Assembly: GCA_903847315.1 (NCBI GenBank)
Contig: CAINDG010000036.1
Span: 3,587-67,586, forward strand
DNA from: an uncultured Planctomycetota bacterium
GTDB taxonomy: Bacteria; Planctomycetota; Phycisphaerae; Sedimentisphaerales; UBA12454
Direction: 5' to 3'
Length of the DNA: 64,000 nt
Shown: piece by piece, positions 56,331 to 64,000 of the stretch
Position numbering within the stretch: position 1 is the stretch's first letter
How the letters are laid out: the number at the start of each line of letters is the position of its first letter
Translations under genes and position numbers: made by a program
Notes under the pieces: model-generated
What the model was told of the DNA's origin: nothing
Database searches by the model: none
Seen by the model: only the letters and a program-made list of their open reading frames with translations

Positions 56331-57464
56331 GTGAGTAATACTGCGGTAATCGAAAAGACGGGCGAAAAGCTTAATGTCAAACATCTGCTTGCCGCCGCCG
56401 TGCAGGCACAGGCGAGCGATTTGCATATCAATGCCGGTATGCTGCCGATGATGAGAATCAACACGGAGCTTATCGGTATGAAGACCGAACCGGTCAGCGC
56501 GGAACAGGCTTCGGATATGCTGATGAGTATGATAGGTTCGGAAAGATTCGAAGTTTTTGAAAAGAAACGTGATTACGATTTCTCCACAAATCTCGATGAT
56601 GGACACAGATTCAGGGTCAACGCACATTATCAGAAAGATACAGTCGCTCTTTCATTCAGGCTTATTCCAAATCAGATACCGGATTTAGGCCAACTGCATC
56701 TGCCGAAAATAGTTGCGGAACTGGCTGTGCTGCCCAGGGGACTGGTGCTTGTAACGGGACATACAGGATGCGGGAAAAGCACTACGCTTGCCGCTATGAT
56801 AGGTTTAATTAATAACACCTCCAGCAAAAGAATAATAACGCTCGAAGACCCGGTGGAATACGCGTTCAAAAATAATATGTCGATGATTGAACAGCGGGAA
56901 ATAGGTTCTGATTGTACGGATTTTGCTTCGGGTCTTAAACATTCACTCAGGCAGGACCCTGAGGTGATACTGGTAGGAGAAATGAGAGACCTTGAAACTA
57001 CGAGCGCTACTATAACCGCCGCTGAAACAGGACATCTTGTTTTAAGCACACTGCATACCATAAACGCCTCTCAGACGGTTGAACGTGTAATAGATATTTA
57101 TCCTGCCGGCCAGCAAAACCAGATTCGTGTTATGCTCGCCAATACTTTACAGGCGGTTATTTCGCAAACGCTTTTAAAAAGGATTGACCAGCCGGGAATG
57201 GTGCCTGCGGTTGAGATTTTGATATGCAACTCCGCAGTGCGGAGCTGCATCAGAGAAAACAGGATTCACGAAATACCAAATATTATTTCCACATCGCGAA
57301 AACTGGGAATGCAGGATATGGACTACAGCATTGGCGAACTGTATTTCAGGGGCTTTATCGAGAAAAGCGAGGCTCTGGAGTGTTCGACTAATCCGCAAAG
57401 AATGGAAAAGACATTAGCGCCTGAGAATCGCGATAACTTTCTGAGAAATCCGCAGAGTCAGTAA
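56331..57464 (+). CDS. pilT: type IV pilus retraction ATPase PilT
   Basis: GTG start. Contains ASDLHI, Walker A GHTGCGKSTT, the Asp box ITLEDPVE, Walker B ILVGEMRD and the His box STLHT. Confidence 0.9.
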   Translation: MSNTAVIEKTGEKLNVKHLLAAAVQAQASDLHINAGMLPMMRINTELIGMKTEPVSAEQASDMLMSMIGSERFEVFEKKRDYDFSTNLDDGHRFRVNAHYQKDTVALSFRLIPNQIPDLGQLHLPKIVAELAVLPRGLVLVTGHTGCGKSTTLAAMIGLINNTSSKRIITLEDPVEYAFKNNMSMIEQREIGSDCTDFASGLKHSLRQDPEVILVGEMRDLETTSATITAAETGHLVLSTLHTINASQTVERVIDIYPAGQQNQIRVMLANTLQAVISQTLLKRIDQPGMVPAVEILICNSAVRSCIRENRIHEIPNIISTSRKLGMQDMDYSIGELYFRGFIEKSEALECSTNPQRMEKTLAPENRDNFLRNPQSQ

Positions 57465-57471
57465 CAGCCGA

Positions 57472-58281
57472 TTAGATATTATCACACAGATACCCGCCGT
57501 CTATCGGCAGAGTAACGCCGGTGACGAACTGAGCGGCATCCGAAGCAAGAAAAATCGTCGCGCCCGCCAAATACTCCGGCAAACCAAATCCGCCCATCGG
57601 AGTTTTCGCGAGAACGTCTTTGCCTCGTTGAGTCGGCGTGCCGTCATCATTTATTAAAAGCTTTCTATTCTGGTCGGCGACGAAGAAACCGGGAGCTATC
57701 GCGTTGACCCTTATACCGTACTTTGCCAGTTCCTTTGCGTGACCCATAGTCTGATTCATAATCGCTGCCTTGGCTGATGAGTATGCCCATATACCGGAAA
57801 GCGGATTGTAGCCCGCCATTGAGGCGATATTGATAATGCTGCCTTTGATTTTTTTATCTATCCAATATTTTGCGATATGCTTGGTCGGCAGGATACAGCC
57901 GGCAAGAAGATTAAGTTTCAAAACAAAATCGAAATCCTCGACCTTTACATCGACAAGCGGGCCTTTGCCGCGATTGCCGCCGGCGCCATTCAAAAGTATA
58001 TCCACCGAACCGTAAATTTTTACCGATTTTTCCAGTGCCTTGGCGATTGAATCTTCTTCCATCAGGTTGACTTCAACGATTGAAATCTTCTTTTTGTCGC
58101 CGCTGACTTTTGCGATTGCCTCGGCCTTTTCTTTCATCGCATCGGGTCTTATATCCCATAAAATTATGTTTGCTCCCGCACAAGCGAAGCCTTCGGCAAT
58201 TGCGCTGCAAAGCGTTCCGCCGCCGCCGGTTATGATTGCTGTTTTACCGCTAAGTCCATATTTCTTATCAAGATAAGACAT
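57472..58281 (-). CDS. SDR family oxidoreductase
   Basis: 269 aa with TGGGGTLCSAIA, NGAGG, the catalytic YSSAK and the PG motif IAPG. Confidence 0.88.
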   Translation of the reverse strand: MSYLDKKYGLSGKTAIITGGGGTLCSAIAEGFACAGANIILWDIRPDAMKEKAEAIAKVSGDKKKISIVEVNLMEEDSIAKALEKSVKIYGSVDILLNGAGGNRGKGPLVDVKVEDFDFVLKLNLLAGCILPTKHIAKYWIDKKIKGSIINIASMAGYNPLSGIWAYSSAKAAIMNQTMGHAKELAKYGIRVNAIAPGFFVADQNRKLLINDDGTPTQRGKDVLAKTPMGGFGLPEYLAGATIFLASDAAQFVTGVTLPIDGGYLCDNI

Positions 58282-58337
58282 TTTTTGCTCCTATTCTTAA
58301 ACCTGTTTTTACGAAATCTATTAAAACGACCTTTTTG

Positions 58338-58359
58338 TTATATCAGTTTTATGATATAA
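58338..58359. promoter_or_regulatory. palindrome in the divergent SDR / Gfo-Idh-MocA intergenic region (candidate operator)
   Basis: TTATATCA-gtttta-TGATATAA, with perfect 8-bp arms. Confidence 0.3.
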
Positions 58360-58409
58360 AATCAGCGGAAAATAACAACTAAAAATAGTTTGTACGGGAG
58401 AATCAGGCA

Positions 58410-59783
58410 ATGAAAAAATTTGTGATAATCGGACTGGGACACCGGTCGGGTATGTACACAAATGCGATAACAAAAGACTTTAATAAAACCGCAAAACTTT
58501 GTGCCGTCTGCGACATTAACGTCGGCAGGCTGAACACCGCCCTTAATAATCTGAAACCGATTATACCGGATATTGTCGGCTATGAGGCGAAAGATTTCGA
58601 CAAAATGCTGGCCGAGCAAAAGCCGAACAGTGTAATTGTTACCACGGTGGACTGCACCCACGACGATTATGTCTGCCGCGCTATGGAGGCAGGATGCGAT
58701 ACTATTACCGAAAAACCAATGACGATGAACGAAGTTAAATGCCAAAGGATAATCGACACTGTAAAAAAAACCGGCAAAAGCGTCAGGGTTGCTTTCAATT
58801 ACCGTTATGCTCCGCCGCGGACTCAGGTAAAAGAACTGCTGACCAGCGGCATTATCGGCAAAATCCTGGGCGTTGATTTTCACTGGCTGCTCGATACCAA
58901 TCACGGCGCCGACTATTACAGGAGATGGCATGCTCACAAAGATATCTCAGGCGGCCTGATGGTTCATAAAGCAAGTCATCATTTCGACCTTGTCAACTGG
59001 TGGCTAAGCTCCATACCGGAATATGTATTCGCTCGCGGAGCACGACTGTTTTATACTCCAAAACAGGCGAAACTGTACGGGCTGGAAAAGCACAGCGAAA
59101 GATGTCATACCTGTCCGCTTTCATCGAAATGCAATTTCTATCTGAGCATTAAAGATTTTCCGCAGCTTAAGGCGCTCTATCTTGATAATGAAAAATACGA
59201 CAATTACTACAGGGACAGATGCATTTTCAGAGATGAGATTGATATTGAAGATACGATGAATTTAGTCGTTCAGTACAAAAGCGGTGCGATTATGAGCTAC
59301 AGCCTCGATTCGTTTATGCCTTATGAAGGCTATAAAATAGCGTTCAACGGCACAAAAGGCAGATTGGAGCACGGCTCTCAGGAATCGTCTTACATCAGCG
59401 GCGACGGCTCTGTGCAGGGCGCTCTTGTGGCGGAAAATACATATATAAAAGTATTCCCGCATTTCAAAACAGCGTACAATATCGAGGTTAAAACGGGCAA
59501 GGGCGAACACGGCGGCGGGGACCTGGTAATGCTAAACGACATCTTCGGTACGCCGGACCCCAACGACCCGCTTATGAGAGCCGCTGATTTCGCACAGGGC
59601 GCTTATTCGATACTTACCGGCATCGCTGCCAATAAGTCAATAGCTACAGGCAAAATGATAAAAATAGCCGACCTTGTCAAAGGCCTCGAGCCGCCGAGGA
59701 TGCCGAAGATGCAGGGCGAAGACGACCCGATTCCGTTTGCGCCGGGCTCGAAAAGAAATTCAAACATAACTATATGGAGATAA
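58410..59783 (+). CDS. Gfo/Idh/MocA family oxidoreductase
   Basis: 457 aa with the N-terminal Rossmann fold KFVIIGLGHRS, then EKPMT and a long C-terminal alpha/beta domain. Confidence 0.85.
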   Translation: MKKFVIIGLGHRSGMYTNAITKDFNKTAKLCAVCDINVGRLNTALNNLKPIIPDIVGYEAKDFDKMLAEQKPNSVIVTTVDCTHDDYVCRAMEAGCDTITEKPMTMNEVKCQRIIDTVKKTGKSVRVAFNYRYAPPRTQVKELLTSGIIGKILGVDFHWLLDTNHGADYYRRWHAHKDISGGLMVHKASHHFDLVNWWLSSIPEYVFARGARLFYTPKQAKLYGLEKHSERCHTCPLSSKCNFYLSIKDFPQLKALYLDNEKYDNYYRDRCIFRDEIDIEDTMNLVVQYKSGAIMSYSLDSFMPYEGYKIAFNGTKGRLEHGSQESSYISGDGSVQGALVAENTYIKVFPHFKTAYNIEVKTGKGEHGGGDLVMLNDIFGTPDPNDPLMRAADFAQGAYSILTGIAANKSIATGKMIKIADLVKGLEPPRMPKMQGEDDPIPFAPGSKRNSNITIWR

Positions 59784-59787
59784 AATT

Positions 59788-60087
59788 ATGTTCGTAGTTC
59801 ACATATACATTCAGGTAAAGCCGGAGTATATCGAAGAATTTAAACAGATATGCACCGAAAACGCACAGAACAGTGTAAAAGAGCCGGGCATAAAGCGCTT
59901 CGATTGTTTACAGCAGTCCGACTATCCGACAAAATTTGTTCTTGTCGAGGCATATCTCGATGAAACCGGCGTCGCGCAGCATAAACAGACCGCCCATTAC
60001 AACAAATGGCGAAGCGAAGCGGAGAGAATGATTGTTGGTGAGAGAACAAGAACACGATATACACCCGTCTGGCCGGAAAAGTATTAA
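59788..60087 (+). CDS. antibiotic-biosynthesis-monooxygenase (ABM) domain protein
   Basis: 99 aa with a ferredoxin-like pattern, MFVVHIYIQVKPEYIEEF..EPGIKRFD..FVLVEAY..HKQTAHY. Starts 4 nt after the upstream gene. Confidence 0.75.
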   Translation: MFVVHIYIQVKPEYIEEFKQICTENAQNSVKEPGIKRFDCLQQSDYPTKFVLVEAYLDETGVAQHKQTAHYNKWRSEAERMIVGERTRTRYTPVWPEKY

Positions 60088-60130
60088 AAATTCCTTTCCC
60101 AATATAGTTTGATAAGATATAATATATCGT

Positions 60131-60340
60131 ATGATTAAAAAGACAGTGGCCAAAAAACGTTTAGGTGAGTTTTCCGAAATAAAAAAGAATCTCGAATATT
60201 GGCTCAGTAAGACACCGCAGGAGAGATTAGCGGCTGTCGATTTGTTGAGAAGTCAAAGATATGGAAATACTATAAGACTTCAAAAAACTGTGCGAGTTAT
60301 TAAATTAAGTAGCCACAAGGTCACCAAGCCACAAAAATGA
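60131..60340 (+). CDS. hypothetical small protein
   Basis: 69-aa basic ORF with no recognised family. Followed by the dispersed repeat and a terminator. Confidence 0.4.
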   Translation: MIKKTVAKKRLGEFSEIKKNLEYWLSKTPQERLAAVDLLRSQRYGNTIRLQKTVRVIKLSSHKVTKPQK

Positions 60341-60386
60341 TCAACCACGAATGAATATGAATTAACACTAATTCAAAAATATTTAG

Positions 60387-60411
60387 CCGTCGGTTTTACC
60401 GGCGGTTTTTT
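60387..60411 (+). terminator. rho-independent terminator
   Basis: CCGTCGG-tttta-CCGGCGG (one G.U pair) followed by TTTTTT. Confidence 0.7.
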
Positions 60412-60527
60412 ACTTGTTGAACGGGTTGCCTGCTGTATAATTGTTCGCAGAGGTTGTTTCTTTGATTTGCCAGCGAATTAAATTTAAAGCACCCAGACTA
60501 TTAATAGTTAAGCTCATGGAGAGAAAA

Positions 60528-61148
60528 ATGAAAAAAATTTTATCAATTATCATTTTACTTTGTGCTGGTATTGCTTACGGCCAAGACGACCCAAATGCTT
60601 TAAGTGCCAAAATTGCACAGCTTGAAAAAACTATAGCCAGACAAGAACGTATTATAGAAAAACAAAAGACCAAGCTTGAAGAACAGGAAAAAGAAATAAA
60701 AAGATTATTCGCCTTATGCAGGCAAAATGGGATTGAACCAAATTCGAAGAAAATAGCAAGGAATACAAAAGAAGTTATAGAAGCTGAGAGTATTGATGGA
60801 CGTGAAATAAAAGCAGGACAAATATTTGTTATGGGCAAATATGGTTATTTTAAAATTACACAAATAATAGATAAGCAAAATGCTATAGCTGAACTTTGGT
60901 GGAAAATGACTAAACCTCTCGAAAAAGATGTGCCCCTCTCTGCTTATGGTTGTCTTGACAACGTGGTAACAGTTTGGATTAAGGGATTTAGTACAGAAAA
61001 TATGGTTGATGGTAATACACTCAAATCCGATAAAGTACTCAAAGTTACGGGGACAAAGATGTATACCAATGTTTTGGGGGCGTCTAAAACAATTTTTCTT
61101 ATCGAGCCTTACAAACCTTCTCAAGATTCCAACGAGCCTAACCAGTAA
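60528..61148 (+). CDS. secreted coiled-coil protein, unknown function
   Basis: Start moved to MKKILSIIILLCAGIAYG (GGAGAG 6 nt upstream). A heptad-like region AKIAQLEKTIARQERIIEKQKTKLEEQEKEIKRL is followed by a ~110-aa beta-rich domain. Confidence 0.55.
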   Translation: MKKILSIIILLCAGIAYGQDDPNALSAKIAQLEKTIARQERIIEKQKTKLEEQEKEIKRLFALCRQNGIEPNSKKIARNTKEVIEAESIDGREIKAGQIFVMGKYGYFKITQIIDKQNAIAELWWKMTKPLEKDVPLSAYGCLDNVVTVWIKGFSTENMVDGNTLKSDKVLKVTGTKMYTNVLGASKTIFLIEPYKPSQDSNEPNQ

Positions 61149-62100
61149 TAGTAGTCCAGACGGCCAGCCAAAATGGAATCGTAATAATACAGGAAATATA
61201 AGACACAAACAGAATCGAGCTAAGTTCATCTTCCTCGCCGCCATAGTGCTTTACAAGGAGAATAAGCGACATCGCGGGGGCGACAGCGGCCTGCAAAACA
61301 ATCAGATTGCAAAGCATCGGATAGCCTATGTAGAAGTGCGTCAGACGTAAAATAATAATCGTAACAAGAGGCGTCAGAAATAATTTGACCAGCAATACTT
61401 TTGCCATATCCAGCCAATACGGCCTGATATTCAATTTAATACTGCCCAGAACCGCACCAAGAACAAGTGTCGCTACCGGAACGGTCGCTGAGCCGACGAG
61501 ACTTGCTGAATTAACAACGACTTCAGGAATAAAGTTTCGGATATGTGTAAACACTAAAAAAACCGCAACGATATTTGCAAAAAACGGAGGACTGAATAAC
61601 TGGCTCGGCTCGAGCTTTTTGCCCTCCTCGAAACTGACAAGATATTTACCCAGCGACCAAAGCAGCGGACTCAAACCCAGAAGATAAATAAAGCAATAAA
61701 GGGCAAATTCGTCAAAAGCGGCAGGATAAATCGTTTGGCCAAGCGGCAGGATGAGATAGCCGGCGTTCTGTATGGCCGACAGGGCAAGGAGATTTTTTTT
61801 GGCGGGCAGGTCCCGACGAAAAAGAACTGCCGATATTGCAAGGCCAAAAGCAACAGTCAAAACAGCGGTCAGCGGAATCAAAGGCCAGATTTTAAGCTGG
61901 CCGGGCTGGAAATTCTTTATAATATTCGAAAATGTAAGACATGGCAAAAGCACCTGAACGGTTATGCCGGAAAGTACCTTCAGATGCTCCTGCGTAATAA
62001 TCTTTTTACGCATCAGCAGACCCGCAGCGGCGGCTATCAGGAAAAGCTGAAGCATCGCGTTGAAAGTAATGACAAATGAATTTGTAAAAATACTTATCAT
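61138..62100 (-). CDS. AEC (auxin efflux carrier) family transporter
   Basis: 320 aa with ~10 TM segments arranged as 5+5 around a central loop, the typical AEC/malate-permease layout. Confidence 0.8.
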   Translation of the reverse strand: MISIFTNSFVITFNAMLQLFLIAAAAGLLMRKKIITQEHLKVLSGITVQVLLPCLTFSNIIKNFQPGQLKIWPLIPLTAVLTVAFGLAISAVLFRRDLPAKKNLLALSAIQNAGYLILPLGQTIYPAAFDEFALYCFIYLLGLSPLLWSLGKYLVSFEEGKKLEPSQLFSPPFFANIVAVFLVFTHIRNFIPEVVVNSASLVGSATVPVATLVLGAVLGSIKLNIRPYWLDMAKVLLVKLFLTPLVTIIILRLTHFYIGYPMLCNLIVLQAAVAPAMSLILLVKHYGGEEDELSSILFVSYISCIITIPFWLAVWTTITG

Positions 62101-62137
62101 TGAAATAAAACCTTTAAAACGTTATATTCCCGTTAGT

Positions 62138-62266
62138 ATTGTCATTTCGAGCGAAAGCCGCAAAGCGGCTGAAGTCGAGAAATCCGCCTTCAGGCGTTCT
62201 GAGCGAAGCCGAAGAATCTTAAGATTTCTCCGCTGTGCCCTAATGGGCTTCGGTCGAAATGACAAT
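62138..62266. repeat. nested-palindrome MITE/REP-like element
   Basis: The outer arms are ATTGTCATTTCGAGCGAAAGCC (62138-) and GGCTTCGGTCGAAATGACAAT (-62266). The inner arms are TCGAGAAATC and GATTTCTC. The whole 129 bp can fold into one long imperfect hairpin. Confidence 0.6.
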
Positions 62267-62318
62267 GGCAACACTATATTCTCTATATTAATGATTATTT
62301 TTACAAGGACAAAATCTT

Positions 62319-63422
62319 ATGGCGACAGATAACATTATTAAAAAGTACGCGAAATTACTGGTCGAATACTCTCTCGGGCTGCAAAAGGGCGATAAACTGC
62401 TTATTACTTCGACCTATCTGGCGGAGGAACTGCTGAAGGAAGTTTACGCCCAGGCATTGACGGCAGGGGCATATCCGGAATTTAAAATCGCTCTTAACGG
62501 AACTGAGAAAATCTTTTACGACAACGCGTCCGACAGTCAGCTTGAGTATATTTCGCCCCTGAACAAATATGTCTATGAAAATTACGATACGATTTTGCAT
62601 GTTCTTGCGCCGTTCAATGTCAAGGAGCTGCAGGATACACCCGCTGAGAAAAAACAGAAATGCAGCGCAGCCAGAGCAAAATTAAATAAAACTTTTATGC
62701 AAAGAGCGGCCCAAAAAAAACTGCGGTGGACTCTGTGCGTTTTTCCGACAAATGCCGAGGCGCAGGAGTGCGGAATGAGCCTGAGCGAATACGCCGATTT
62801 TGTTTATAACTGCTGCTTTCTGAATGAAGACGACCCTATCGGATGCTGGGAAAAACTGGAGAAAGGTCAGCAAAGAATAGTTGATTTGCTGAACAGAAAA
62901 AAAGAGATACATTTCAAAAGCAGCAATGTCGATGTCAAATTCAGGACGGACGGCAGAACGTGGATTAACTCGTCGGGACATCATAATATGCCCAGCGGCG
63001 AAGTCTTTACCGGCCCGGTGGAGGATTCGATAAACGGAATAGTTCGGTTCTCGTATCCGGGAATTTTTATGGAGCAGGAGATAGAAGATATAACGCTCGA
63101 GATTAAAAACGGCGAAGTTGTAAAAGCAAAGGCGGCCAAAGGGCAGGAACTGCTGAATAAAATTCTCGAAATACCCGGCGCAAAAAGGTTCGGCGAGGCG
63201 GCAATAGGAAATAACGCCAGGGTCAATAGATTTACGAAGAATATGCTGTTCGACGAGAAAATGGGCGGGACGATTCATATGGCTCTCGGCGCCGCATATC
63301 CGGAAACAGGCGCCATAAACGAATCGGCGATACACTGGGATTTATTAGCTGATATGAAAGACGGCCAGATACTTGCCGATGGCGAGGTAGTCTACAGAAA
63401 CGGCAAATTTCTGATTGCTTAG
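62319..63422 (+). CDS. aminopeptidase, M29 (AmpS/PepS) family
   Basis: 367 aa with YAKLLVEYSLGLQKGDKLLI, FPTNAEAQ, NMPSGEVFTGP and GGTIHMALG. Confidence 0.88.
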   Translation: MATDNIIKKYAKLLVEYSLGLQKGDKLLITSTYLAEELLKEVYAQALTAGAYPEFKIALNGTEKIFYDNASDSQLEYISPLNKYVYENYDTILHVLAPFNVKELQDTPAEKKQKCSAARAKLNKTFMQRAAQKKLRWTLCVFPTNAEAQECGMSLSEYADFVYNCCFLNEDDPIGCWEKLEKGQQRIVDLLNRKKEIHFKSSNVDVKFRTDGRTWINSSGHHNMPSGEVFTGPVEDSINGIVRFSYPGIFMEQEIEDITLEIKNGEVVKAKAAKGQELLNKILEIPGAKRFGEAAIGNNARVNRFTKNMLFDEKMGGTIHMALGAAYPETGAINESAIHWDLLADMKDGQILADGEVVYRNGKFLIA

Positions 63423-63428
63423 GAAATC

Positions 63429-64000
63429 CTACAGCGGCGGATAAACATCACAATGAGTATCACTGTGCTGCAAATTTTTTAACGCAGTGGAAAGTCCGCC
63501 GACAATCGAGCCGGCCTGAGCCAGTTCGCATTCACCAAGTGGTTTTTCCGCTGGGCGGTAGATAATAATTATTCCAAGGGCAGGGGCGGCTTTGTTTAAG
63601 CCGATTGCCGCAAGAGAAATCTTCTTTAAAACCGCCGGGCTTGCAAAGAAGCCCATCGTGCAAAGTTCGTCGGCAGTGCAGATTTTGCCGGTCTGACAAA
63701 CCATTTGGACCATTCTCGCTGTCAGATAAGGACTGATTTGAGAAGGAATATCCTCAAGACCGGGGTCTGTCGCGTAGATATGAACCTGCGGCTGGCCGGA
63801 TACCATAAATACGACGGCAGCATTTACGCCGTTGAGATTATTTGTGAAAAATTCGCCGACGGCTTTCGCCAGCAGGTCGAAATCTGTTATGCCGAGAATG
63901 CTTTCGTAAAAATCGGCGGCAAACCTGAAATTCTTCAGATGATTTATAAAATCGCCGTGCGCCGTCAGAATGTCATTGCAGAGAATGTCAATCTGCTGCT
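63429..64000 (-). CDS. C-terminal part of a protein with a GAF-like domain (5' end beyond the window)
   Basis: The frame stays open upstream of the track start (63806) to position 64000, reading ..QQIDILCNDILTAHGDFINHLKNFRFAADFYESILGITDFDLLAKAVGEFFTNNLNGVNAAVVFMVSGQ... The domain call is from the general pattern only. Confidence 0.5.
   Translation of the reverse strand, partial: QQIDILCNDILTAHGDFINHLKNFRFAADFYESILGITDFDLLAKAVGEFFTNNLNGVNAAVVFMVSGQPQVHIYATDPGLEDIPSQISPYLTARMVQMVCQTGKICTADELCTMGFFASPAVLKKISLAAIGLNKAAPALGIIIIYRPAEKPLGECELAQAGSIVGGLSTALKNLQHSDTHCDVYPPL

Noticed and set aside
62682-63335. 217-aa minus-strand ORF
   Set aside because: It is antisense to the well-supported M29 aminopeptidase gene.

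Overview
Gene-dense chromosomal window with about 60 supported CDS and 4 tRNAs. There is no rRNA, CRISPR array, transposase or integrase. The content is mostly housekeeping. It includes lipB, asnA, argG, clpX, a four-subunit 2-oxoacid:ferredoxin oxidoreductase, cysK, a DAHP synthase, ispG, hflX, gpsA, pilT and an ABC importer. It also holds a large chaperone operon: groEL-1, an S41-like gene, groES, groEL-2, dnaJ, grpE and an FmdB zinc ribbon. Several markers suggest an anaerobic Planctomycetota/Phycisphaerae-like organism. These are a DUF1559-like pseudopilin, a PEP-CTERM protein, GLUG-repeat and dockerin-bearing giant secreted proteins, two groEL copies, PadR and ECF regulators, and frequent absence of Shine-Dalgarno sites. 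That taxonomic call is inference only. The observations I consider most worth follow-up are listed here.
1. An exported PDZ/S41-like protein sits translationally coupled inside the chaperone operon, and its Ser/Lys catalytic dyad positions are occupied by Cys/Glu.
2. A pseudopilin gene has its only possible start codon 2 nt after a tRNA-Gly, behind a consensus promoter, which implies a tRNA-linked and essentially leaderless mRNA.
3. A ~630-nt ORF-free, hairpin-rich stretch lies between an unannotated 54-aa zinc-ribbon gene and a PIN/TRAM gene.
4. An AT-rich two-gene island (receiver domain plus a 271-aa unknown) lies near a tRNA cluster.
5. 30-bp direct repeats, which are a relic of the lipB 3' end, bracket a membrane-protein gene.
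6. A long structured leader precedes a 1487-aa multidomain secreted protein.
7. A ~955-bp tandem duplication carries a hydrolase gene plus a stub of the ispG start.
8. A PEP-CTERM gene has its signal peptide out of frame with its only good start site.
All calls come from reading the sequence and ORF translations by eye. No searches or computations were run.
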